64,000 nt of DNA from a virus, in the IMG/VR virus record IMGVR_UViG_3300037069_000769, positions 1 through 64,000 of that record; one strand, written 5' to 3'. Below, in pieces: positions 56,188 through 64,000 of the stretch. A model generated the notes under the pieces. That model had not been told where the DNA came from and searched no databases. It was given only the letters and a program-made list of their open reading frames with translations. Positions within the stretch are counted from its first letter, which is position 1. The number at the start of each line of letters is the position of its first letter. The position numbers were made by a program, and so were the translations under genes.

Positions 56188-59100
56188 GTGGCGTTCACCG
56201 ACACTTTAGGTCAAGCGGTAATCCGTGTTGTCGCTGACATTAGCGGAGCCCTCAGCGGCCTTCGTGCTCTCGGTGCGGCTGTAAACCAATTTGGAAATAC
56301 CGTGGCCAGCGTTGGTCGCGGTATTTCCTCATTTGGTGCGTCTGCCGCCATTCTCTCAGCATCTTTGACAGGGTTGTTCACTCCTACCATTCTGGACGGT
56401 AGTAAGTTCGAGCAAACCATGTCAGCGGTCAAGGCCGTTGTCGATGATCTCGCAAAAGACATTGGCGATGCTAAAGGTAACTTCGATACCCTGACCGATG
56501 CTGCCCGTGCTTTGGGTAACGGTAAGTACGGCCCTGTTGCCGTCGCCGAAGCTATGAAGTCGTTGGGTCAAGCGGGCCTAACGTCTAGTCAAATCTTGGC
56601 AGGTATCAAACCTGTGCTTGATTTGGCGGCTGCCGGCGAGATGCAACTCGGGGCTGCGGCTGACCATGCTGCCGACTCTATGAATGCGTTCGGTCTGAGA
56701 GCTTCAGACTTGAACCGCGTCGTAGATGCTATGGCGGCTGCTGCTTCTGCTTCGACCATTAACATCAGCGACATGGCGGAGACGTTGAAATACGCCTCCC
56801 CGCTTGCTGCTGCCTTGGGTCAAAGTATTGAAAGCGTGTCCACCGGTATCGGTCTGCTAGGTAATGCAGGCTTGAAAGGTTCGATGGCCGGCACCGGTCT
56901 GGCCCACGTCTTCCAGCAGTTAAGTAAGAAGGCTGACGAAGCTGATGAGATGCTTCGACGATACGGGTCGAGCTTTGCTGCTGTTGATCCGCAGGTTAAA
57001 TCGCTCACTGAGATTGTGTTGGAGTTTCAGCGTGTAGGTGTATCTACTGCTGATATGATGGACTTCTTCGGAGCGTTCGCTGGCCGAGCTATGCTCAGCT
57101 TGAAGAACACTACGACTGAGGCCATTGCCAAAATGACTGAAGCTTTGCAGAACAATCTCGGCTCTGCCGCAGATCAGGCTGCAATCCGACTACAGAACGT
57201 CAGGGGAACATGGGCTGAGTTGCGGTCTGCTTTGCAGAATCTGAACATCGAAGTCTTTAATGCTATGAAGCAGCAGATTTCGGAGGTTCTTAAGACTGCT
57301 ACGCAACTCATTATTAAGTTCCAACTTTGGGCAAGTGAAAACTCCAAAATCGTCGCCACTATTGGCACGGTTGCTGGAGGATTGGCCGCGTTCGCTGCGG
57401 CAGTCGCTGCTGTCGGCGTGCCTCTCGGCGTAACCGTTATGGCCTTGGGTAACCTTGCAGCGGCAGCAGGAACTGTCATTGCAGCCCTCGGAAATATCGA
57501 AGTTGCTATCGGGGCGGGACTTGCTGCGGCCTTTACCGGGTTGCTCATTCCCATCCTAATATCGTTGGGCCAGCACTTCGACGAACTCAAGGAGATTGCA
57601 TCTCTGACATGGACTCAGGGAATTGAGCCCTTTATCGCAGGTATGCAGGAAGGATTTCCTACTGCTCTCGCCGGGGTGCAGGAAGCCTTTAGTGGACTTA
57701 ATACCGCCGTTGGGGGTGCTCTCGGTCATTGGAAGGAAGCCCTTCAGAATCTTGACCCCGCAAAAGTTTCTGACTTTGGCAATCTTTTTGTTCAGATTAT
57801 GGGGCAGATCGCTGAAGCTGTAATTAACGCTTCGACGATCATCGTCAAAAACCTGAAGCTGATCTACGAAGGGTTGAAATTGGTTATCCCCGGATTGGGG
57901 GTAGTGTTCGATCTTTCTGAGAAATTGTTAGGTGAGGCCAGCGGAGGAGCGGCTGAGGTCAAGAAATCCTACGATGAACTCGTAGCAATCTTCGATGAGT
58001 TGAAGCTTCGGGCCGACGCCTTCACTGAGAGTAGTGGGGAACAGGTTGAGAATGCTCGAAAGGTAGTCAAAGAGCAGCAGGAACTCGTCTCACTGTTGGA
58101 GCGTCAAAGCCACCTCAAACCTTCAGAATTTGGGAAGCTTGGGGATTTGATGGATCGTAACCCGAACATGCGGGGCGATCTTGAGAACTCTGTAGATGCT
58201 ACGAAGGCTCAACTCACTAAGGCTGAGCAAGAGCTTGCTAAGGCAAAAGCGGCCCAGCGTGATCTTGCTCCCAATTCCGATCTTTATGCTCAGGCCGGAG
58301 AACGTATCCGTGCTTTGACCGAGGTCGTACGTCGATGGCGGGACACTCTTGCAACTGCTGAACGAAACCTTAAAGACTTCGACAAAGCGTTGGAAGATAA
58401 CCCCGGCATGCTCGATAAGGATGCTGACGGGTTCCGAAAGCTTTCTGCCGAGTTGCGGGAATACGAAGCAGCAATTAACAAAGCTAAAGCTGCTCAAGAG
58501 GCGATGGGCAAGGGTGAGAACAAGTTCCAGCGTGCTGTTGACTCCATTGACGAGCCTAAGCAAACGGGAACGGCTGGCGAGCTTCAAAAAGCTGACCAAC
58601 TTAAGGAGAAAAACGAGGAGATTCTCAAGCAGCGTAGGGAGCAACTCTCTGCGATGATTGAAGGTATGGAAGCTGCTGGAGCGATGAACGACCGGTTTGA
58701 CGATCAGATTAAGAAGCTGAAGGAGCAGCGAGAACTTCACAAGGATAACGCTGAAAAGGTTGCAGAACTCGATAAGCGTTTGAAGGTGTTGAACGATGCT
58801 CAGCAGGCAGCCAACGCTAATCGGATCGAGAGTGAACTCAGGGTTAAGGAATTGCGGGAGGATCGTGATAAAGTAGACGAGCTTCTTATCAAGAATCAGG
58901 CCAATACTGAGGATAAGAAGACTAAGATCATGGAGCAGGCTGAGCAGAAGCGTAAAGCTCACTTGCTCGACCTCGAAGCTGATGCTGCCCGCGAGAAGGG
59001 TAATCACACTCTACAGGCTAAGAAGGAAGCTGAGAAGTTTCTTGAGGAGGAAAAGAAAAAGCTTGACGATTTGTATCAGCTTGACGGCGTAAACGACGCT

Positions 59101-60216
59101 AAGATCACGGCTGAACGTCAAGCGGCTGAGGAGGCTGCTGAACGCAAAGCCCAAGCGATGCGTGAGAAGGGTATCAAGGAAGACGCTCAGGCCAAGAAGA
59201 AAAAGGCTAAGGATGTTCTCGGGGATGCTGAGAAAGCTGCTGAGCAATCACTCGCAAAGCAGGTTCATTCGGTCGAGCAGTTGTACGCCTTGTATCAGGC
59301 CATTGCAGCTATTCGACGGGATCAGGAGCATCGGGCTGAGATGGCTGCTCTGAAAGCATTGGAGTTGGAACGTCAAGCCCAGAATAAAGCGGCTAAGGCT
59401 GTTGCACGTCCTACCGACGCAGTTGCTCAAAACCGTGCCCTTCAGGCTCAGAACGCTGCACGAGTAGCTAAAGCTTTTGCCAGTGCTCGGGCTAATCAAG
59501 CCGGAGTTGAAGACCCGTTTGGGGAAGCATCCGATCTCGGGATGAAAGTCCATGAGAATCAGGTACGGAATTCGGCCCGAGCTGCTGTTAATCTTCGCAA
59601 GACGATTGACGGGGCTCTTGATACTATCTTCTCCCGCTTTGAGGAATTGCAGGAGCGGATTTCCAGCGTAGGAGAAACGCTAGCCACCTCATTCGGGTCT
59701 GACAAGTTTCAGCCCCTTATTGACGGCGTGTACGAGTTACGCGACAATATCATTAACGCTTTGGATAGTATTCAGAACGAATTCACGTTCGCTCCTGAGA
59801 AATGGTCGTCAGCCTTTTTGGCAGCGTGGCAGGGAGCGGCCCAGCAAATCGTCGATGCTGTAATCTCCACGATGGAGCAAATTAAGCATGAGATGGACCC
59901 CGAAACTAAGCATAGCCCTTCACTGGTCGATGTTTGGAATATGAACGTTGATACTGTTCGGGGAGGTATCAATCGAATCGGGTCAGTGCTGTCTAAGTTT
60001 GGCCCGCAAATGTCGGGGCTAAGTTTGGGAACTTTGGTTCACCCCAGACCTCATCCGATGATTGCGGGAGTTCCGACTCAAGTTGGGTCATCTTCGACCA
60101 TTAACGACCATCGAAGTATGACCATGCACGTAAACACCTCGTACGGTCTTGCTGACATGAAGCGTCATGTCGGTAATGTCATCGGGGATGCCTTTGCTGC
60201 CAAGGGAACTCGTTAA
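56188..60216 (+). CDS. Tape measure protein (TP901-type core)
   Basis: 1342 aa, FEQTMSAVKAV, ETLKYASPLA, GLKGSMAGT, long coiled coil. Confidence 0.93.
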   Translation: MAFTDTLGQAVIRVVADISGALSGLRALGAAVNQFGNTVASVGRGISSFGASAAILSASLTGLFTPTILDGSKFEQTMSAVKAVVDDLAKDIGDAKGNFDTLTDAARALGNGKYGPVAVAEAMKSLGQAGLTSSQILAGIKPVLDLAAAGEMQLGAAADHAADSMNAFGLRASDLNRVVDAMAAAASASTINISDMAETLKYASPLAAALGQSIESVSTGIGLLGNAGLKGSMAGTGLAHVFQQLSKKADEADEMLRRYGSSFAAVDPQVKSLTEIVLEFQRVGVSTADMMDFFGAFAGRAMLSLKNTTTEAIAKMTEALQNNLGSAADQAAIRLQNVRGTWAELRSALQNLNIEVFNAMKQQISEVLKTATQLIIKFQLWASENSKIVATIGTVAGGLAAFAAAVAAVGVPLGVTVMALGNLAAAAGTVIAALGNIEVAIGAGLAAAFTGLLIPILISLGQHFDELKEIASLTWTQGIEPFIAGMQEGFPTALAGVQEAFSGLNTAVGGALGHWKEALQNLDPAKVSDFGNLFVQIMGQIAEAVINASTIIVKNLKLIYEGLKLVIPGLGVVFDLSEKLLGEASGGAAEVKKSYDELVAIFDELKLRADAFTESSGEQVENARKVVKEQQELVSLLERQSHLKPSEFGKLGDLMDRNPNMRGDLENSVDATKAQLTKAEQELAKAKAAQRDLAPNSDLYAQAGERIRALTEVVRRWRDTLATAERNLKDFDKALEDNPGMLDKDADGFRKLSAELREYEAAINKAKAAQEAMGKGENKFQRAVDSIDEPKQTGTAGELQKADQLKEKNEEILKQRREQLSAMIEGMEAAGAMNDRFDDQIKKLKEQRELHKDNAEKVAELDKRLKVLNDAQQAANANRIESELRVKELREDRDKVDELLIKNQANTEDKKTKIMEQAEQKRKAHLLDLEADAAREKGNHTLQAKKEAEKFLEEEKKKLDDLYQLDGVNDAKITAERQAAEEAAERKAQAMREKGIKEDAQAKKKKAKDVLGDAEKAAEQSLAKQVHSVEQLYALYQAIAAIRRDQEHRAEMAALKALELERQAQNKAAKAVARPTDAVAQNRALQAQNAARVAKAFASARANQAGVEDPFGEASDLGMKVHENQVRNSARAAVNLRKTIDGALDTIFSRFEELQERISSVGETLATSFGSDKFQPLIDGVYELRDNIINALDSIQNEFTFAPEKWSSAFLAAWQGAAQQIVDAVISTMEQIKHEMDPETKHSPSLVDVWNMNVDTVRGGINRIGSVLSKFGPQMSGLSLGTLVHPRPHPMIAGVPTQVGSSSTINDHRSMTMHVNTSYGLADMKRHVGNVIGDAFAAKGTR

Positions 60217-60258
60217 ACTTGCAAACGTTTGCAAAACTTCAGTTAAGAGTGACGACAC

Positions 60259-60648
60259 ATGACTTGGCCTAAGATTGCTACGCTGAATGGCACTAACCTG
60301 CCCGTTCAGTTTTCATACAAGCCGTACATCCCGAAGAAGCGTAACACCACGACAGCAACTGCTAACGGTGTTGTGATTCAGTACGCGAATCCTCAGATTG
60401 TGCATGGTGAGGGAACTCTTCCTTTCACCATTCCGGGATGTACACCACCGGAGTATCAGACTCTCTGGACCCTGTACAATACCTCAACCCCAACAGGCTA
60501 CACGTTTGTTGGGTATTGGGGAGAAACCCTGACCGTGTATTTCTCCACTTTGGATGAACCCACGGTCAGGAGCAGATTCTTTGACGTTTCAGGAATGCTG
60601 CAAGTATTGAGTATCGATGTAGATTACAATCCCGAGTGTGAGGGGTAA
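60259..60648 (+). CDS. Distal tail-like protein
   Basis: Small beta protein directly after the tape measure. Confidence 0.55.
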   Translation: MTWPKIATLNGTNLPVQFSYKPYIPKKRNTTTATANGVVIQYANPQIVHGEGTLPFTIPGCTPPEYQTLWTLYNTSTPTGYTFVGYWGETLTVYFSTLDEPTVRSRFFDVSGMLQVLSIDVDYNPECEG

Positions 60649-60650
60649 GC

Positions 60651-63167
60651 ATGGGTTCCGAAGTAAGTCAATATCTGTACAGTTACGCCATCCAGCCTTC
60701 GAGAGATTGGAGGTACGACTACGCACTTGATATTCCGTTGTTAATTGCTCCCCGCAATAATACGAATATGTGCGTAGAAAATATCGACTGGCTGCTTGAC
60801 GGCACTCCGTTTGAGGAAGGTGGGAACAGCGGTATTGACTTGGTGTGGACTTCAGTAACGGGAGCGGAGTATTACATCCTTCAGTGGTGTAACAACTCTA
60901 GCTTCCGTGGGCCTACGTTACGAGCCCTGCAAGTTGCTGACTCCGGCAACCTGTACACAACCTACACGCTGAAGTATATCACCGATGTATGGTACGGTGA
61001 GACCATCTATTGGCGGGTGATTGCGTATAACACTCACGGTGGAGTTGGAGCTAAGTCGGATACTTGGCAGGCCACTTACGACTGTCCCGGAGGTAACAAG
61101 TCTAAGCAGCCTCAAAAGCCGAGCAACAACGACAGTCAAATCTGTGACAAGTTCGGAGTTCGGATTACTCTGGACGGTCCTGAGCATATGATGTGCTGCG
61201 ATAAGCAGATGTACACACTGAATGCTCAGTACTCGTGCACCGCTGATGATGGGGCACCGATCACAATTTATGCTGTGAACTATGCGATCGCTCAGGGATC
61301 GGTAGGCGGCGTATCAATCATTCAGCAGAATGACAAGTTAGTAGTCGTCGAGATTGCGGCCACAGCTACTAACAGCTTTACCCTGACTGCCTCTATTACG
61401 TTCCAAGTCACTACTGACGAAGGGACTAAGTTTTTTACGTGCACCGGGCACAAGAAGATTTACACAGACTGTCTGACAGGTAAGGCCAGTGAAAAACCTT
61501 GGCTGAAGCTTGCGTATTACCCTTTGCCCGGCGTGGTGTTCTACACCGATCCATTCTACTCGGGAGATATGGTAGGCACGGACGACACGATGGACCCCGG
61601 TCTAGCAGTTCCGGGTATTCTTGGTCAGGCTCCTTACTGCGTTTCAAATATCCATGACGGGCTTCTTGCCAGTCTTGGGCAGAATGGGGCATACTCTGTT
61701 GACCTGATTGCCGTCGGTCCAGTAATTGAGATCAATCGAACCTACAATTACTTCTATTACGATAATGGAGGGTGCTCCAGCGGCATCCCTATCGGAGAAC
61801 TCACGTATCAGATCAATGAGGCCCGCGTTCATATTCCGGTAGGATGTGGTCTGTGGTACGATGCTGAGTACGGGCTCCGTGCTGACAAACGTATGGCCGG
61901 TCGAGGATTGGGTTGGGGCTCAGACGCTTGGGGAGCTAGTACGGATCATCGGAGAGACTGTCAGTTAGGCATTCACACTTGTGGAGGATTTTTCGGGTTT
62001 AATACCTACCTAGGTGGTCCCGATGGAGCTTGCGATGGGTGTCCTCCGGGAACCTCTCCCCAAGATTTCGGTATCGGCGAAGCATTGTTTCCGATTGCAA
62101 GCGAGTTGATCGATAACGTATTTCTGGGTAACACTCCCGCACTTCCCAACACTGATCCCGTATCTGCTAGCGGCGGTCCTATTGTCATGGGATGGACTGC
62201 GGCCTCAATGGGCTCGCTGGATAGTACTTGGTGTGGGTCCGGATACGTTCTTGCCCTCAATTACGACTGCTCTTTGAAGGTTACTGCTGGTGCGGGTTGG
62301 GCAAATCAAACCGCTCTTGGAGTAGATACCGACCATCTTGCGGGCAGAGGTCTTCTCACTCAGATAGACGAGCTTTGTGATAAACTGCAAGTTGACTTAG
62401 GTTGCGGTTTGGCCCTTGATGGTAATCAGATTGTCATAAACGGCTCAGACCTTGGAGGTGCGGGCATCGCAGCGGGAAGTGGGTGCTCGTTAAGTGTTAT
62501 CACCGGATGTGGTACTTACATCGATCCAGATACGCACGCTGTCACGTTTAATGGCTCTGACGTAGCTGGAAACGGTCTGGTTGTTGGGGGAACGGGGTGC
62601 TCTCTTGATGTGAATCCCGGTTGCGGTATCTACATTTCAGCCGATCAAGTTACCGTCAAACGTGATGACCTTATTGGGAATGGGTTGAAAGCTGGATACG
62701 GTACGTGTTCGATTGACATTAACTACGGTTGTGGTCTCACCTTGTCCTATGGTGCTCTGATCGTCAATAAGTCAACTTTGGCAGGCAAGGGGCTGCAAGC
62801 TGCGGGCTTATCTTCGTCCTGTGCTCTTGACGTGTTTGTGGGATGCCACCTCACTATTGAGACCGATAACAGTATTGGGGTAAGTACTGACGACGGCTTG
62901 TGTGGTGACGGTCTTACAAATGGAACTAGCGGTTCCTGTGAGAACATTAATATCAATCCCGGATGTGGTTTGAAGATCAGTGGAGGCACGGGAACGGGCG
63001 GAGCTGTAATGGTAGATAACTCTGCTCTTGCCGGTGCCCACCTTGTAACCTCAGGAACTTGTGCTCTTGCTGTGAATGTTACTTCCCAAACTGTAGTTAC
63101 GGGAGTAACCTGTAATGGTGATGGGACGATTACAGTAACTACCGCAACGGTAAATGTCGTGGTGTGA
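60651..63167 (+). CDS. Tail/fibre protein with FN3-like N-region and Cys/Gly-rich repeats
   Basis: YWRVIAYN FN3-like motif. Repeated GxGL...C.L.V..GCG units. Confidence 0.7.
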   Translation: MGSEVSQYLYSYAIQPSRDWRYDYALDIPLLIAPRNNTNMCVENIDWLLDGTPFEEGGNSGIDLVWTSVTGAEYYILQWCNNSSFRGPTLRALQVADSGNLYTTYTLKYITDVWYGETIYWRVIAYNTHGGVGAKSDTWQATYDCPGGNKSKQPQKPSNNDSQICDKFGVRITLDGPEHMMCCDKQMYTLNAQYSCTADDGAPITIYAVNYAIAQGSVGGVSIIQQNDKLVVVEIAATATNSFTLTASITFQVTTDEGTKFFTCTGHKKIYTDCLTGKASEKPWLKLAYYPLPGVVFYTDPFYSGDMVGTDDTMDPGLAVPGILGQAPYCVSNIHDGLLASLGQNGAYSVDLIAVGPVIEINRTYNYFYYDNGGCSSGIPIGELTYQINEARVHIPVGCGLWYDAEYGLRADKRMAGRGLGWGSDAWGASTDHRRDCQLGIHTCGGFFGFNTYLGGPDGACDGCPPGTSPQDFGIGEALFPIASELIDNVFLGNTPALPNTDPVSASGGPIVMGWTAASMGSLDSTWCGSGYVLALNYDCSLKVTAGAGWANQTALGVDTDHLAGRGLLTQIDELCDKLQVDLGCGLALDGNQIVINGSDLGGAGIAAGSGCSLSVITGCGTYIDPDTHAVTFNGSDVAGNGLVVGGTGCSLDVNPGCGIYISADQVTVKRDDLIGNGLKAGYGTCSIDINYGCGLTLSYGALIVNKSTLAGKGLQAAGLSSSCALDVFVGCHLTIETDNSIGVSTDDGLCGDGLTNGTSGSCENININPGCGLKISGGTGTGGAVMVDNSALAGAHLVTSGTCALAVNVTSQTVVTGVTCNGDGTITVTTATVNVVV

Positions 63168-63260
63168 CCTAGCGGGATCACCTCAAATGTGCTACAATAC
63201 CCTGAGTCTCATTTGAGGCTTGGGGTTTTTCTTTTGCAAACGTTTGCACGGAGTTTAGGT

Positions 63261-63683
63261 ATGCCATCAACAACTTTTGCTTGTGCTTGTTGCGGCGGGG
63301 GCGGCGGGGGATGTTCCGCATGTACCGGAGTCGGGTCTACCTTAACGGTAACTATCAGCAATGCCCCAAACCTAGTTTGCGGCACGTGTAGTGTTATTAC
63401 GACACCTCGTACTGTGACTAAGATTGCAGACTGCGAGTGGGAGTCATCTACGTTTAATACTTGCAGTAGGACTTGGAAGCTGGGGGTGATTGTCTTTACC
63501 TCTGCGGGAGTACGCCACGTCCGAGTATCTCTTACTTGCGTATCAGCGGGATGTTCTGATCTGATCTCGTGGACAACTCCGGCTCCTAATGCGTGTCCTC
63601 CTCAATCCGGCATTCCGGTAGATGGTGGCGGTGGGGGCTCGGCCGCTTGCGACTTCAGTGCTAGCACGGCAGCCGTTGCTTAA
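63261..63683 (+). CDS. Small Cys-rich protein
   Basis: CACCGGGGGGCSAC N-terminus, many Cys. Confidence 0.6.
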   Translation: MPSTTFACACCGGGGGGCSACTGVGSTLTVTISNAPNLVCGTCSVITTPRTVTKIADCEWESSTFNTCSRTWKLGVIVFTSAGVRHVRVSLTCVSAGCSDLISWTTPAPNACPPQSGIPVDGGGGGSAACDFSASTAAVA

Positions 63684-63701
63684 ACTTTCTCATATTTACT
63701 A

Positions 63702-63730
63702 TTGACACCATGTCAATATATCGTTATAAT
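63702..63730 (+). promoter_or_regulatory. Consensus sigma70-type promoter
   Basis: TTGACA-17-TATAAT. The -35 is part of the inverted repeat TATTGACA-CCA-TGTCAATA. Confidence 0.85.
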
Positions 63731-63815
63731 AAACTAACGTTTACACCGTTGGGGGAAAGTATATACATTACTCAACATTGCAAACGTTTTCACAAATCTA
63801 CTAAGAATACCCGAT

Positions 63816-64000
63816 ATGACACAAGAAAAACACAAAACGGGCGGTGATTCTGGGTTGCCCGAACCTTTGCCAAGGGTGTACGTCATTCTTCTGAATACCA
63901 AAGCAGGCCCGGCTGTTCGGGAAATGCTGCGTCGGGAATGGAACGAGCAAGTAGCGGGCTCTCCTATCTCTGGCATTCCTTTGGTGATACTCGGGCCGGG
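63816..64000 (+). CDS. Hypothetical protein, truncated by the window end
   Basis: ATG at 63816 (MTQEKHKTGG...) open to the end of the window, downstream of the promoter. Confidence 0.5.
   Translation, partial: MTQEKHKTGGDSGLPEPLPRVYVILLNTKAGPAVREMLRREWNEQVAGSPISGIPLVILGP

Larger units (their letters stand above)
999..63248. repeat. Dispersed perfect palindrome TGCAAACGTTTGCA (27 exact copies found by eye)
   Basis: Exact copies start at 999, 2004, 2887, 3683, 5109, 8403, 9571, 13693, 16114, 16747, 18459, 20202, 21647, 24575, 26767, 29679, 33797, 38756, 41840, 44838, 46722, 48305, 52544, 54635, 55068, 60220, 63235. One-mismatch copies at 7235, 7412, 12072, 30080, 36325, 63779. Confidence 0.97.

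Noticed and set aside
999-63248. Dispersed palindrome as a CRISPR repeat, IS end or canonical parS
   Set aside because: Spacing is kilobases and irregular, there is no transposase or target duplication, and the sequence differs from the parS consensus TGTTTCACGTGAAACA apart from the central ACGT
1-64000. Integrase, DNA polymerase, tail sheath, classical endolysin, alternative genetic code
   Set aside because: No matching motifs were seen in this window. Long genes are intact under the standard code, so there is no sign of stop-codon reassignment.

Overview
This window looks like the left-hand part of a large tailed-phage (Caudoviricetes, probably siphovirus) genome. All credible genes are on the + strand. 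From left to right: (1) a ~2.3 kb non-coding, repeat-rich leader; (2) a tandem array of about 12 divergent small paralogues sharing an N-terminal xxxGD motif and a C-terminal Q-x-x-F-L-x-x-E motif; (3) early/middle genes including an XRE HTH, an H1-like protein, DNA ligase, a DEDDh exonuclease and a CsrA homologue; (4) a membrane/lipoprotein/papain/thioredoxin module; (5) two highly structured non-coding regions; (6) a sugar/methyl modification cluster ending in a ParB-like gene; (7) a morphogenesis region (TerS, TerL with a class-3-type intein, portal, head morphogenesis protein, protease/scaffold, major capsid, neck, tail tube, chaperones, tape measure, Cys-rich tail proteins). The most striking DNA-level signal is the perfect 14-bp palindrome TGCAAACGTTTGCA. 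I counted 27 exact and 6 one-mismatch copies by eye across the whole window, and its half-site is also arrayed about 25 times at the left end. GCGC and CCWGG appear almost absent except in two apparently foreign segments. Several protein features suggest a Planctomycetota host (inference only). All calls come from motif recognition by eye; no searches were run.
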